From assembly GCF_009914755.1 (NCBI RefSeq), contig NC_060934.1: a DNA stretch of 64,000 bases; one strand, given 5' to 3'. Below are positions 18,169 to 34,242 of this stretch, one piece after another. The first letter of the stretch is position 1; every line of letters starts with the position of its first letter. Source of the stretch: the human T2T-CHM13v2.0 reference genome, Homo sapiens. Made by a program: the position numbers and the translations under genes. The notes below the pieces were generated by a model, which saw only the letters and a program-made list of their open reading frames with translations, did not search any database and was not told the DNA's origin.

Positions 18169-19459
18169 GGGGCACTGGCACTTTTAAAGCATGTTTTAAA
18201 GATTTAGGGACCATGTTAATTTAGAAACACCAATCTGGTGAACACATAAAATCGTCATCTTTGATTTGTAAAAATTATTTTTTATAATCATTTATGACAA
18301 ATTTTTTAATACAACTGGCTAATAAGCTTAGGTGTTCTAAAAGTTTATTACAGATGAAGTTACCATTTGTTGAACCTTAAGGAACCCAGCATTTCATCCT
18401 GTTTTTGATTTTTCTGCTCATAATATTGTCTGCGGTATTATGCATCAAATAAAGGAACTGGGATAGAGGAAGGGAAAGAGGGATGCTTCTGACTGGTGGA
18501 AACAACCTCTGCTATGTAGAACTTTGCCTAATAAACTTTTCTCAGCTATTGCTAATATGGATTTGTTCATTCTTATACTTTGTTTTGATCATCTGCATAG
18601 GTATTAAGCACTTTAGTTTGGCTCAGAGGAAATTTTTTTTTTTTTTTGTCTTTCACAGAGAGTCCTAAACATTGGCAGAGCCATTCCATCTGACAGCCGT
18701 TCCATGCCCCATCTGCACCCGTCCTAACTGGACACGAGGCCACTGGCTTGCCCTTGAAAACTCTGGGGGAGAGCCGATGCGAGCACAGCGTGGACCACCT
18801 CATTTCCAGGTACCGTGAACGATTAATTTTCTTTTTGATATGAAATCTCATCTGCCTCCTTGTAATTCTACACGTTATTCTTACTTTTGGCCTCTGGAGC
18901 AACATAGAATAAACCTGTATTCCGGCTGACAGCGTTGTCAGTTCTTGAAAATTGCCACATGTCTCTGTCTGGGTTTCCTTCACCAGGCCAAATCCCCTGA
19001 GTCTTTCAGACATTCACCCTCATCAGACTGTGTCTCGGCCTATCACCCGTTCAGTTCCTCAGGATATATTCCAATTCGTCAGTGGGACTTTTTTTTACTG
19101 GATTTACTTTCTATTAAAAGAATACGTTTTTTGTTCTAATTTCTTTGGGGCATGATTTTTGCTTTTTCTTTCAGAGTAGAAAAAATCTGCCCTTCCATCA
19201 AATCTGTTTCTTCCACTGGAAGGTTTCCACAGCTCAGTCAGGATGAAGACATTTTGTGAGCTGAGACTAATGATCATTCCTTGTGCTAGTGTTACAGTTA
19301 CAAAGACCAATCAATGTTTACATCATTTCACTGGTAACACTAGGGGGAATTGGTTTATAGTTGGTGCAGACATTTTACCGCATGTGCGCCTTGACCAGTG
19401 GAAATAGTAATTCACCAAACACGTGTGAGTGCCTCCTTGGGGAAGAAGAAAGATGCTCA

Positions 19460-19921
<462 letters not shown>

Positions 19922-20248
19922 TCACTGCCCTTGGAGAAGGTTAAACGGAGAAAGAGATGAGGGCAGGGCGATTTTATGTTCCCTGTCTCACCCGCCACAC
20001 CCAGCCTCTGGCGAAAACCTGAGGATGCCTAAAATTAAAGGGCAAGAAGGAGTAGAAAGGTGAGGATTAAAAATGCATGGATGCATGGAGAGAGGGGGAA
20101 GGGAATTGAAGCTAATTCTGGGAGGAGGCAGGAAGGGCCGAAAGGAGACTGTAAGCTGGAGGTTAGGGAGAGAGTTCTGCTCAAGGAAATTCGGACAACA
20201 CAATACGCATCTACCCAGACATGGTTGGTCACTTAGGAACAGCCTTAC

Positions 20249-20340
20249 CTTTAGGAAGTGCAACTAAAAGCTGAGCATCGATTCCTCTTTCGTGGTTAGC
20301 GAGCTGTTCTTTATCTTCGAGTGAGAACTCCTTCTGAAAG
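20249..20340 (-). other. SVIL: SVIL upstream exon ('exon 3', 92 bp; nominal 5' UTR, open frame FQKEFSLEDKEQLANHERGIDAQLLVALPK)
   Basis: Acceptor taatttttag|C, donor AAG|gtaagg; frame continuous with the exon-4 ATG. Confidence 0.88.
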
Positions 20341-20569
20341 CTAAAAATTACTCCATTAATAAAGTTAAGTCCATTTAAATAAAGATATATAAGTGAAAAA
20401 ATGCAGAACACAAAAATTATGATATTGTTACACATCATTCAATATGTACACATAGATTGCAGGTAAAATGTTTTATATTGGGGAGTAAATTGGTAACTTT
20501 TTTCATTTATTTATATTTCTGTAAATATTTGATTTTTTGTGCAACTAATTACAGCAGGATTGGCGGGTG

Positions 20570-20770
20570 GCGTGGTGTGATGTGTGAAAACATTGCTGAA
20601 CTGGGAGTCGTGAGCTTTAACTCAGACTGACCACCTCTTCTTGACCTAAGAATAGCTGTGCAAGCTTGCATTAATTACTCAACCTCTCTGTGCTACAATT
20701 TCTTCTTCAGAAAATCAGTAACTTGTCTAGGTGATCTACACTCTGTCTTCCAGTGTTAAAATTATGTTAA
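20570..20770. mobile_element. MIR fragment
   Basis: AGCTGTGCAAGCTTG...TTACTCAACCTCTCTGTGCT MIR core-like. Confidence 0.55.
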
Positions 20771-20904
20771 AGTAACAGATGCCTTCAAACAACCAAGGCA
20801 TCAAAGCATGGTCAAAAGTTTGGAAAGCCTCATGAAGACTCGTGTTGGAATAAAAGAGGAAATGAAAGAGGAGAATAATAAAGGAAGTGAGCCCTTACTG
20901 TGGA

Positions 20905-21030
20905 CTTTCCCCCATGTATCTCCTTAATGCATCTTAATACATCTTAATACATCTCCCCCATGTATCTGCTTTCCCCCATGTATCTCCTTATCTCCCCATG
21001 TATCCCCCAGGTATCTCCTTAATTATCTCT
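20905..21030. repeat. Degenerate minisatellite (CCCCCATGTATCT ~5x plus ATCTTAATAC)
   Basis: Direct reading. Confidence 0.85.
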
Positions 21031-22669
21031 CCAAGACCCTAAGAGGTACGAACTACTCAGCGAGGTGCTGATAAAGGTACGAATGGCCCTGCCCTCTTGC
21101 CCCGCCCACCCAGGCCCTCCACACGGCCCTGCAAAAAGCACCTGCTTTGTAATATTGACTGGTGGTGTCAACACTCCCACCATGGCGGATCTCAGGCTCC
21201 CACAGGACTCACTGAACTCAAAGTTGGGAGAGAGGCACACATGTCTGGCCGCAGCACAACACTGGAACTAGTACCATCCTCAGTTTACAGATCCGGAAAT
21301 TGTTACATGATTTGCCCAAAGACTCGTATTTGACAAGAAGAGGAGATGAGATTCAAATCCATCTCCTAGTTTCATACTAGCCACAGTCACCCCAAGACTG
21401 CTGTGTACCCAACTCCATGGTCTTTGATGTGGTCGGAGCGGGCAGGGCAGAGGGTGCTGCTGCCTCGAAGGAAGAAAACAAACCTGTGGAAAGAGGGAAC
21501 TGCAGTTCCTCAAGGTCAGTGTGACCTCCAGAGGGGGAAAAGATGGGCTTGGAAAAGACTCACTGTGAAGCTGACCTTCCCCCTGTTCGGGTGCATTTCC
21601 ATAGAGGCCAAGGAAGAGACCGAGGAAGCCACTGCGCATACTGTGTAAGTGGGACAATTGATAACCTCTACCCCCTGTAAAAACTACAGGGAAAGAACTT
21701 CCACACAGTCCAAAGCACAGCCACCATCCTGCCCTCCTAGAACCAAGCCCATCTGAAATCTTCGTCTTTCCATATACAATGTAGCAAAGCTTACATTCCA
21801 TAGGTAAGTGTGTTCACATTATTTAATGAAAAGTCTTGAGAATAATTATGCTTCATAAGCCACACTCCAGATTGGCTGGAAGAGCCTAGGACACCTGCCT
21901 AGTCAGAAACTTAGAATTAGCACCGACTTCTAAACACTGAATTGTAAGGCAGTAACTACTCCTTTCAGTGTAGAAACCTAAAAAAATTAAATAATGGCAG
22001 AAATGTACCCGACTTAAGGAATGGCGTGTTATTTTAATTGATTATTTAATTGCTAATTTAAACATCTTGACAAAGCTCTATACTTTCTTTAGGAAACTAA
22101 AATCTTTTCAGGAAAAAAAATTCTACATTGAAGTGAAATAATGCAATCCTTGAAATATTCAGCTTTTCAGGCCACTTACCTTGCGGTACAAATGCTATAT
22201 CTTATTTTCAAAAATAAACATCTGTATGCCGTTATTTTCCTCTTTCTTTCTGTTTCTCAGAAAGCTCAATAGAGCCACTAATAAAAAGCAAGAAACTGTC
22301 CCTGAGTTAAATACTCCGCTGAATTTACAGAGTGAGCTTTACGAGTCATCACCGGACACTCCCTGGCTTCACAGGCACTTATTTTCTCGAAACACGCTAC
22401 AAATAGTGCCAGCACCCATGTGAAGTGCAGCCTTTTGATGGCAGGTCAGAAACCAAAGAAAACCAAAGGTCTAAGAGGAAAGTCTCTGATGCTTCTTAAC
22501 GTGGTTCACTTGACATGCTGTTTCCTCCCCCTGAGCTCTCTCCTCTCCAGCCTCCTGCCATCGTGTGGCTTCATTTCGCTTCTGGTCTGGGCCTCAGTTG
22601 ACTGGTCATGTCCTCAGGGCAAAGCACCTAAACCCACTGCCTATTGTGACCATCACCCAAAGTATATTA

Positions 22670-22950
22670 CACACCTCGTTAACCCCAGCACTTTGTGGGG
22701 GCTGAGGCAGGAGGATTGTTTGAACCCAGGAGTTTGAGACCAGCTTGGGCAACATAGCAAGATCCCATCTCTAAAAAAAAAAATAGGAAAATTAGCCAGG
22801 CACAGTGGCACAAGCCTGTAGTCCCAGCCACTCAGGAGGCTGAGGTGGCAGGATCCATTGAGCCTAGGAGTTTGAGGTTGCAGTGAGCTATGATCATTTC
22901 ACTGTACTCCAGCCTGGGAGACAGAGTGAGACCCTGTCTGTTAAAAAAAT
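22670..22950 (+). mobile_element. AluJ-like
   Basis: Alu consensus. Confidence 0.88.
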
Positions 22951-24782
22951 TAAATGATTGAATTAAAAATATTTTAAAAAATTAAAATATGTCGAATGAA
23001 TGAATGATTACTACAAAACACTTCAAATGAATACTACAATTCACGCTGAAGTATTTTTTGTGTACCTTTTATGCAAAGTTGATGTGATGGCCAGAGGTAA
23101 CATCATTACAAACATTGAGAATAACTATAAGAGCATACGGTCAATAACATCAGTCATAAGCCCCTCCTCCCTCCCTTCCTTATCACCCTCCCTCCTTTCC
23201 TTTCTTCCTTTCTTTCCTTCTTTCATCTTTGGACAGGGCATAATTTGGAACACATCATTCTTTAGTACCTTTGCTCACCTTGCATACATGTGTGAAAAAC
23301 TGGCATAATTGCACGTGTTTATAAAGTATTGATTTTAGAATCTGCAGCTTCCAGGTAAACATTTATTACTGAGTCCACACGGCTGTCATCACCCTCTGGT
23401 CCTGTCTCCGCTGCCTCTCTCCCCTGCTCCCGCTAAATGACTGGGGGCTTCTGAGAAATCAGATGAGCAGACAGGAGGAGCAGGAGCAGGCAGACTGGGC
23501 TGGAAAGTGTGGCTCTGGCTCAAGGCAGTGCCACAAGCTGTGATTAATGCAAGACCCCTCAAATCAACATGTGAAATCGAGTTTCTTTCTTTAAAAAAAA
23601 TCATGTTTCTTCCCTGAACTTTCTCTACCCGAGGGCACCGATCATCAATGAAAACACAGGTAAGACATGCTTGTAAAATTCAGGACGGTTCATCAGTGAG
23701 CACCTTTTTTGGCTCATCTGACGCTGATGAAACACAAGCACCTGTGAGGGTCCAGACTCTTCTCTCCTCTCTGCTTCTTCTGACTCAGAGGCCCCCCAGC
23801 GGGAGACTGGTAGGGCCCATTACTAATGCACATGACCAGTGACCCCAAAAGCATGGAGCTCTCGGATGCTGGATCCTGCCCTTCCTCCTCAGTCACCCCT
23901 CAACCCCAACTTCCCCAGGGACAAAGGGGTGTCTGCAGGGTCAACCTCTGCAGGCCTTGGTGTCTCACTAGAGCTCAACCAAAAGTAAGAGCCTGTGTTT
24001 CAGTAGGGAAGCATCTCTCCATAGATACTAAAGTTAGTGCTGTCCACTTCATTTTCTGCATTTTGATTTTAACTTTCTAACAGTGAGAAACACCTTTTGG
24101 ATTTTTTTCCAACTCTCTTTGTCTCCCCTGAAACAGTGCTCGTTCTTTAGGACTGATTGTTTGTGCCGCCACCCCCCTTCCTCTGCTTCTAAGAAGAGAA
24201 TGCCCCCTGCTTCTGTGACAATTTTTCTTTTAAACGTGTCCCGTTAACCTACTTAAATGCCTGCCCATAGCAGCACGGGGGAATTTTATTAAAGGGAGAG
24301 CAGGATGCTCCGCTGTTATCATCTCTGTTTTTCACAACGTGGAATATGCTACTATTACAATGACTGTCCAGCACCCATGCGGTGTAAGTCTCCTCCACAA
24401 TCTGTTCATTCCATTACTGAAGTTTAAATTACAAGATATGGGAGACGAAGCCCCATGAGCTCATATTTTCGTCTCTTTTAGCTGGTGTCTGGTTGACCAG
24501 ATTTCTTCTAAGGAAGCAGGCTCTTGTACCTCCAGCCCATTTCACACTTAGCACCATGGCACACAGGCTGTCATTTTAATAGGTATGCATGACATAATGT
24601 CCATGATTTGAGAATAGCTGTGTCTCTTTGAGTCTCTGTCCACTGACGTGTGTGACTTTCATATTGCATGCTTTTCCTATCCTTGAATAAGGAATGCCTT
24701 CCTGTCTCTTTTTTCCTTAGTCACTTATTAGCTCCATGACAGTTAAACCAACCTGCTAGGGACATATTAGAGACCAAGCCGA

Positions 24783-25117
<335 letters not shown>

Positions 25118-25819
25118 CTATTAAAACATGGCCAAGATGAGAAATACGGATGCATCCCATTAAAAAAGTGACGTTTCGTGAGTCAGTTAAGACAACCTCA
25201 CTGATGACCCTGGATCATCATTGCTCTAATTAACCTTGTACTTAGATGTGCCGCTTGATGATATTGTGTGTAAAAATTAAAGCATAAACACTTAAAAGAT
25301 GTGGAGGAAATACACCAAGGATTTGTCCCATCCAGGGTGTTTACAAGATCAACTGCCATTTTCAAATGCAGAGCAGGCTCAGCCTGAGGAGGACAGGAGT
25401 TAGACCCCTGTCTATCCTAATGTTGTTGAAATGCAAACCCTTTTTGGTCAAGGAACAATGTCATAATACCTTAGGCACAAGAGCAACTGTGTGGAAATGG
25501 GGGCTGGGTCCTTCCGCTATAATGAAGCACAGATTGAGATCTTTGCCTGACTGCGTAGGGGACAACTTTGTGCCTCCATCTGAAAATATCAAACTCTATT
25601 AATATAGACAACAATCTACTAAAAAGCACCTGAGATACAGCTACTGTGTATGGCACAGGCATTCATTTCCACTTCTCTTACATCCATGATGATGTGTCAT
25701 GGAGTTTTAGCACATTAGGTCAATCAAATTAGCACCCATAATATTCTGTGGCCAAGGGGACTGGAAGTTCAGAAAGGTTAAGAGAGAGAGTTGAGAAGAC
25801 CAGGGAAGAATAACTCACA

Positions 25820-25902
25820 TGGATGGGTGGATGGGTGGATGGATGGATGGATGGATGGATGGATGGATGTGTGTGTGTGTGTGTTTGTGTATGTGTGTGT
25901 GT
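25820..25902. repeat. Compound (GGAT)n/(GT)n microsatellite
   Basis: Direct reading. Confidence 0.95.
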
Positions 25903-26302
25903 CTATGGAAAAAGGGAGGGAGGGAGCAGAGGAAGGAAGGAGGAAGGGAGAAGGAAGAGAAACAAGTTTAAACCATTTCTAAAAAGAATCTAGCTCCCTT
26001 CTTTGATGGACAGATTGCAAAAGGACAGTGCCTGCTTAGAGGCAGGTGTGAGAAAGAAAAGATAATAGTCCTTTAAAAGTTTGCAATGACAAGAGACAGC
26101 AAGATTCTGTTCTCCAAATAGTTTCCATAAGCAGAATTAAATACAAAGATTCCTCTGCTTCATACATTTTAATAAATCAAATTCTAGAGAGAAAACATAT
26201 TGCCAAACATTTAAACTCATGAGTTAGACATTCAAGAGAATAATTTTAAAAGCTACAACAAATCTTCAAAATTTCACAGTTGTTGAGACAAGGCCACTTT
26301 AC

Positions 26303-26360
26303 CTTGAAACTTTCCTTTGACGTGGGAATCCAAGGAAGCTTAAGTTTTTCTTGTTGAAAT
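26303..26360 (-). other. SVIL: SVIL upstream exon ('exon 2', 58 bp; nominal 5' UTR, open frame FNKKNLSFLGFPRQRKVS)
   Basis: Acceptor tttcttttcccttag|AT, donor AAG|gtaaag; phase 1 in, phase 2 out; frame continuous with exon 3. Confidence 0.85.
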
Positions 26361-28015
26361 CTAAGGGAAAAGAAATAATGTAACATTGAAATAGTTATGC
26401 AAATTGTTAAAAATCCGGTGAGAAAAAACTCTCCAAACTGCTTTTGAACATATAATTTAAGAAAAAGAAAACCATTAACCAGACAAAAAATAGAAATACA
26501 AAAATGACACCTTCTAAGAATCAAATTCCACATGGAAATTTACATAGGCAAGTTTTGCTTTTCTCTTCCGGAAAGTAGCCAACATACTCCATGGGTAAAT
26601 GAAAATAATAACAACAATAATAACAATAATACTTCTAACACAGTTCAATGTTACCATTTAAATTTGTTATGGCAACAAGAATAACTCAAAGCAATTAAAT
26701 GCTAAATAAGGCAGCTATATACTCAGGAATAGAGGAGAAACTAAGCAATTTTGGTCCAGGCAACTAGAAATGTTTGAGATGCCTTTAAAGAATGGGGGTG
26801 GGGTCTGAAGAGCAAAGGACAACTCAGCTGTGTCTTTTGCTCTCATTAAAATCTACACAATAACAACCAATAAAAATAACTATTTATTTGTATTTTGAAG
26901 ACAAGATAGGTATTATGTAAAGACAGCTGGTAACAATTCTATACAGGAAAAACATCCCAAAGGAACAGGTTAATCAAAACCAGGCACAGACAAAATTTAT
27001 AACCAGTCTAATGGCATGTAATCTGTTTTACAGCCTTTGGCTTACAGCATTTGTCCACTAAGAAAACCACAAATAGACCATTTACAGAAACTTCTTCCCC
27101 TAAGGAAGTGCCTTTTGCTCTTTAATATTTAGGGGCAGAAGCCCAAGGAAAAATAAGTACAAAATATATCAGATGTTGACACTTCATTATCCATCAAAAT
27201 ACATCCTCAGTCCTGGAATTTGGAACTGTGGCCAACTAAAGAAATACAATAAAATGAAAGGTATAATGCCAGTAAAACATCTAAGCTTTTCTCTTAACTA
27301 TGCAAGTATCTTGTTATGTAATTAACCAAAGAGAAATCAATTCAGAAAGCTTTCAAGTGCTGTAGGAGAAAATTCCTGAATCTGAGGTCTGAATTGTTCA
27401 AGTCACTTCCCAATAGTGCATTTGAGCTGGAAAGCAGTTCTGATGTATAATGGCTGAGTTTCAAATATGATACTCAAAATAACCTTAGCGTTTCAGTTTT
27501 GTTCAATCAGTGAACTGAACATGCCACACCACTTCAGTAGTTACATTGAAAGCATGTATTTTCCTCTGTGCTGGAAGAAAGCCACTGAAAAGACAGTATC
27601 TTGTTCCAAACTGTCTCACATGAAGAGTTAATAAAAAGACGCTACTCACCACTGCCTACTGGAAATAATTTAGTATGTATAGCATTTGATTTAGAAAAAT
27701 ATTTTAGCTAAAGTGCAGCACATCTAGCATTTGATCCAAAGTGTGGGCATTCCAATTGCATTTGCAATTTTTCCTACAAAAAGGTTTCAGTGGTTTAGTA
27801 GTAACTTTAACTTATTAAGGGAAAACAAATTCACATTATCAGCAATCACAAGATAAGCTCATTTATAAACTCAATTAGATATTTAAAGTGTCTTTGGAGA
27901 AATGTGTATAAGTAACTGAACACAGGAGAATACATAGGGCAAAATAGAGGACCCCAGGCATTCATCGTGTTATACAATCCATACATAAGTGCATTTCGTA
28001 TTTATCTTGCCTTAC

Positions 28016-28076
28016 CTTGTTTCTCAGAGAATTTGAAAGCTCCCAAATAGCTGGAAAACCCTGGGCTTCTGAACAT
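28016..28076 (-). CDS. SVIL: Candidate alternative upstream coding exon MFRSPGFSSYLGAFKFSEKQ of an N-terminally extended supervillin
   Basis: GCAGCC-ATG Kozak context, in-frame TGA 21 nt upstream, 20 codons then G|gtaagg phase-1 donor matching the phase-1 acceptor of exon 26303-26360. Confidence 0.7.
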
Positions 28077-29433
28077 GGCTGCACACAGACGGCTCGGTCA
28101 CACAGCCTGCTCTACAGCTAATTCTCAGCCAGCAACCACCTTCGTCTGGTCTAAGCAAAACTGGGTTGAGATTTTTCACAGTGCAGGACTAGAGCGACCA
28201 GGCACTTGTATCTTTGTGCCTATGGTACAGGAGAAGCAAGAGGCCACTGGCTGGAATAGCTCAGACCCCATAATCAGATTATGAACAGAAATTAAGCCTG
28301 GAGGCGCTGCAACAGACTGGAGCCCAGTGATGGGACGTGGGTGATGTAGATGACCAAGGCAAAGCCATGGAGCATCCCAGCATTTGCTCTGGTTAAGGAG
28401 ACAGTGCTGCAACCTAACCATCCTCGGAGGAGTCAGATACAACTTCCTCTCCCTACGGACACACATACAAAGAAAAACCTACAGAGACCCTCGTGTATTG
28501 GGAAGAAGGGACGCTTGAGTATTTCCAGGCTGCTGCAAGTCTGGCTTTGGCTAAGTTAAGTGAAGTATTTTACCTAACAGAGAGCCAAAAACCCATACTT
28601 AAGATTTATGAACAACATATGAGTGAAACTGTGGGAAAAGAAAGGGCAGATATTACTAGAGATTCAAAATTTTAATTTGAGGTAGAAGCTATTAAGTTAA
28701 GCTTTGCCTATTAGATTGCCCCCGCTTAATTTTAACCACAATATGTAGTTGATGAGCTCAAGCAATGCTCATGCAATTCCAAGAAAAATTCGCAATAATT
28801 ACAGACTGATTGTACAGAAAAACGGAACATTCAAGAGAACCAGGAGAAATGGTCTCATTTGCAAGCTAAGGAAATAGGGCTAGACGAGTAGCTTGCTCCT
28901 GGATAGACAACTGTTTGGTGATGGAGCTATGGGATCTTGGGGAGGCGGGATCAAAATTGTGATTCACCACACCCCACCTAGGAGCAGGGACTCTGAGTTA
29001 CTCTTTGTATCTTTAGTTCTGGACACTGTACCTGGTGCACAGTAGGGCTGCAGGAAATGTTTGCTGAATGACCATAGGAAATCACAAGATAATCTCTTCT
29101 AAAAGCTAGAGATCTCCTTCTAAAATGGGTGTGTGGAGTTAGTATCCTGTGTTCAAACCAGGTGGACTTAGACTAATTTGTAAAATACAAACACACTTAA
29201 GGTGAAAATGAAGAATTATATGCTGAATTAATAAAGGCACATAAACACAAGGTACATCAACCCTGGGTACTAGAGGGGTCAGTGGTGGCATTTTTGCCAT
29301 TTTTCTCTAAACTCATTACATTATAGTCATAAAATCAGGAAAAACTATGGCAAATAGGATAGTTAAAAAAAACTCAGCGAGGAACAACGTCAGTACCTTG
29401 GATAACTAAATTAGAAACTTGATGGTAAGGTCA

Positions 29434-29850
<417 letters not shown>

Positions 29851-30104
29851 AATAGAGAGATAGGATGAAATAATATACATGTTGACATGTTGATAAATAA
29901 TCCTTTATAAAGAATGTAACAGTTTATGGAACACAGTATCACTGCTCATCACCCTTTTTGTGCCTGAAAATTACTCTTCCTGTAGAATACTCAATTACAG
30001 TTATCTAAAAGAATCTAAATGTTTATTTTGAATTATTATTAAGGAATAAGTCTATTCTAATTTTTTTTCAAATTTTCCTGTCGCTTGCTTTTCCTTTTCT
30101 CCTT

Positions 30105-30260
30105 TTTTTTCAACATTTATTTTAGATTAAGGGGTATGTGTGCAGGTTTGTTACATGGGTACATTCAGTGATGCTGAGGTTTGGGGTATATGGGTCCCAT
30201 CACCCTGGTACTGAGCATAGTACCCAATCATTTGTTTTTCAGCTCTTGTCCCCTTCCCGT
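30105..30260 (-). mobile_element. L1 3'-end fragment (L1PA/PB-like)
   Basis: TTTTATTTTAGATT..GGGGTATGTGTGCAGGTTTGTTACATGGGTA signature. Confidence 0.7.
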
Positions 30261-30758
30261 ATTCGAAATTTGAAAATAAAATTCCAGTACACATTTTTTT
30301 TAATTGTTGGGTATTATCTTTAAGTTGGTAACGGAGTCTTACCAGAATTCTTTGCCTCACCCATGGATTACGGTACAAAGCAAACTGATTTAAATATGAC
30401 ATAGTTGTTGAAAGGAAAAAGGCACAACATTCTTTATGAAATTATGGATATAAAATTTAATCTATTATTTAGGTATCCTATCCATAGGAAACCAAATAAG
30501 ACTGTGAAGAAAAATCTCTATTTTATGTTCATAGAAAGTATCTTTGAAAAATTTTCATTTACTCTCCAATAATTATAATGAATTATTATTTTTAATTTTT
30601 CCACTTGACATTCAAGAATTATTACTACTATTATTATCATTATTGTTTTAGGCTAGCTTATTCACACAGGGGAGCTACAAAATACCCAAACATTTCCTCA
30701 CGTCATTCTGTAGGTTAACATATTTATTTGCAGAGAAATTCTAAGTTGTGATTGTGAC

Positions 30759-31043
30759 TTTTTTTTTTTTCCCGCTCTGTCACCCAGGCTGGAGTGCAAT
30801 GGCATGTCTCTTGGGTCACTACAACCTCCACCTCCCGGGTTCAAGCGATTCTCCTGCCTCAGCCTCCTGAGTAGCTGGGATTACAGGCGCGCGCCACCAT
30901 GCCCAACTAATTTTTGTATTTTTAATAGAGACGGGGTTTCGCCATGTTGGCCAGGCTGCTCTCGAACTCCGGACCTCAGGTGATCCGCCCACCTTGGCCT
31001 CCCAAAGTGCTGGGATTACAGGTGTGAGCCACCGCGCCCAGCC
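30759..31043 (-). mobile_element. AluSx-like, TSD TGTGACTTT
   Basis: Reverse Alu. Confidence 0.92.
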
Positions 31044-31360
31044 TGTGACTTTCTTAAATTTCAGGGAGAAGACGTTTTAACCGAGCGCTGATGGTGGTGT
31101 ATTCCCTTTTCAATAGCATCACACAGCCACCAGCTCAGCATGAACGCACAAAGTTCCCTGCTGCTGTGTCCACTGAGAAGCACTAATCTTACTCAGGGGC
31201 AATGCTTTATGGAAGTACAATATTTTACTGAATATTTTTAAGGCTGTAATCTTTAAAGAGAAGTAAAAGCAAATACTGAAGTTGCCTTTAGATGGGCGTG
31301 CGAACCTGCTTTAGGAGAAGGGGTAAAACTGTGTGCCTGGGAGAGGCTGAGGGAGGTCAC

Positions 31361-31466
31361 TGTCATAGCATGTCATGTAACATGGTCATGTCATGGTACA
31401 CATCACACCACACCATGGTACATATGACATCGGGCCATGGTACATGCCATGTCATGTCATGGTACA
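31361..31466. repeat. CATG-rich low-complexity repeat (CATGT/CATGGTACA units)
   Basis: Direct reading. Confidence 0.8.
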
Positions 31467-33619
31467 CGGGCGGTGGCTGGAGGAGACCTGAAGGATCTAT
31501 GAGTGAACCATTGGGATGCTGACACCCCACAGTGATATCACTGGAACAAATGAATCAGGCCCTGGTGGACCCTGGTAAGACTGGAGACGAAGGGGCCTTT
31601 CTGATCACCTGGTCTTCATGTAATGAAATGTTAGATGACTCCTGTAGAATACTCAAGGTCACAAAGCTTGTGGCGTGGAAGTGCCAGGCTGAAAATCCAC
31701 ATGCTCTGACTCTCCCCAGGACAACTCCCACATTCCTGATCAGCCTGAGCACAAGAGAACCGGGGCCACTGTTGTAAACTTGTCCTGGATTGAGGTCATA
31801 GGGCCTCCCAGCCCTGGCCCACATGGATGTCGCTGGTAAAGGGGCCAGCCTGACCCCAGAAGGAGACATCAGGCCAGCTGCAGTTGTCTTTCATAAACCT
31901 TATGATTTCTAGGTCTAGTTTTGATCCCACAGACCTTGCTCGAAACCAGGGCTACCCCCAGATATGAGTAACTAGGGCATAGCTAAGGCCATAAGGCTCA
32001 GAGAGAAGTCAGTGTCCCTGGTGGGGTGTGGGTGTTGTGTATAAAAAGAAGCAATTGATTATTATTTTTCCTTTTCTTCCTAATTCTCCCACCTTACTGG
32101 AGAGGAATAAGATATGGATGTGGCTACTTTGAAGTGTGTAGGAAGCAATGACTCATTAATTCTATTTCTAAAAATGCACACGAAATTACTGTGAATGAAC
32201 TCAAGGGTGTTTACCATTTGTATACTGATACCACCCAATTGTCTGGCACTGAAGATGTGGTGTCCAGTCCACTTTCCCACCAGTGTTTAAGGAAACCATC
32301 TCTCTTAAGCATATTTGATCTAAGTGTGCATATGCATATGAGTGCCATGGGCTAGGCCAATGCTGAATTATTATCTTGACGAGAAATGATGACGTAAAAA
32401 TTAAGCTTAGTAGGATTACACTGAGGCCCAGCCTAGGTAACAATTGTGAGACAAGAAGTTTGGATTTCTTAGTTTCCTTCTGTGGAGACTTTATTTCAGG
32501 ATTCTGGCAATGAAATATTTCTGTGAAACTTGTTTTGCACACTTCTATCTGTGTGCTTCTAAGTAAACTATAAATTCTGATTCTTTAAGTGTTTAAGTTT
32601 CCTATAATTCCTAATTTTCTTGGGTATTTGGCACTAAGACCCTTGCTCTCTTTCTCTCACTGGATGATTTAGTAAGCCCTACTGGTGCTATTCTATTGAG
32701 TGGAAGTGAGCGGCTACCTTTGCCGGCTGAAAAATTCCAAATAGATAATTGAACTAGTGAAGACTGAGCTCTATAATAATTACAATTATTCATTCAGACA
32801 ACAAGAATATCATGACACGGTTTTCTCAATAACTGACAGACACATGTGATGGAATCCTCATGAGAAAATCCTTACTTTTTACCTAGGATTGATTTTTTTA
32901 AGGGTTGAGAAATATGACACATTGGAATTTTGCTCAATGCATTATAGTCATTGAGGTCTAAATACAGACTAAATTTTCTATAATATTAGTATAGTATTCT
33001 AACAGTGCTAGGATATGTTTTGATCACTGATGAATCTTTATGACTGAAGTACCCTTGCAATTGGGGTATAAATGTGAGTTACAATAATATGTGTTTTCCC
33101 ATGAAACTTGAAATTGGATAAATTGATGAGCAATCTGGTACCTGACTTTTCTCTCCCGAATACGTTTGGCTTCATTTTCGTTATGATGAAAGTGTATGCT
33201 GTGAACGATGCCAATGGTAAATAAGACCTTTATGGACACTCATAAGAATGACAATCAGGGCCTTTCCTTCAGGCAACATGATTACCCTTGTGCACTCTTC
33301 TTCTCAATGAGTGACTAGCATACTTGATGGGATCTGCAAGAGGGAAAATTTACTTTTTACTAAAATTGCATTGATATAATGTTGACAAGGCTTGTGATTA
33401 TTGGTATCATCTCTAAGAGGTGATATTCATTTGGTCTACATATAGAAGTTAACCTATTAACTTCTAATTTATATGTCAGGTTGCTATGTTTTTACAATGT
33501 TTGTGGTTTATTGATGATGACTCAGAACATAAAGACTATGGCATTATGGCGACATGTTCTAATTCTGATATATACATACCCCATCATTTATTAAATTAAA
33601 TAAAATTATGAGTAGTATA

Positions 33620-34225
<606 letters not shown>

Positions 34226-34242
34226 TGCAAATGATTTTTTAA

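Noticed and set aside
18573-19013. 146-aa minus-strand ORF in unique intronic sequence
   Set aside because: No recognisable homology, no convincing phase-compatible splice pair, and it runs through a poly(T) tract; compatible with chance
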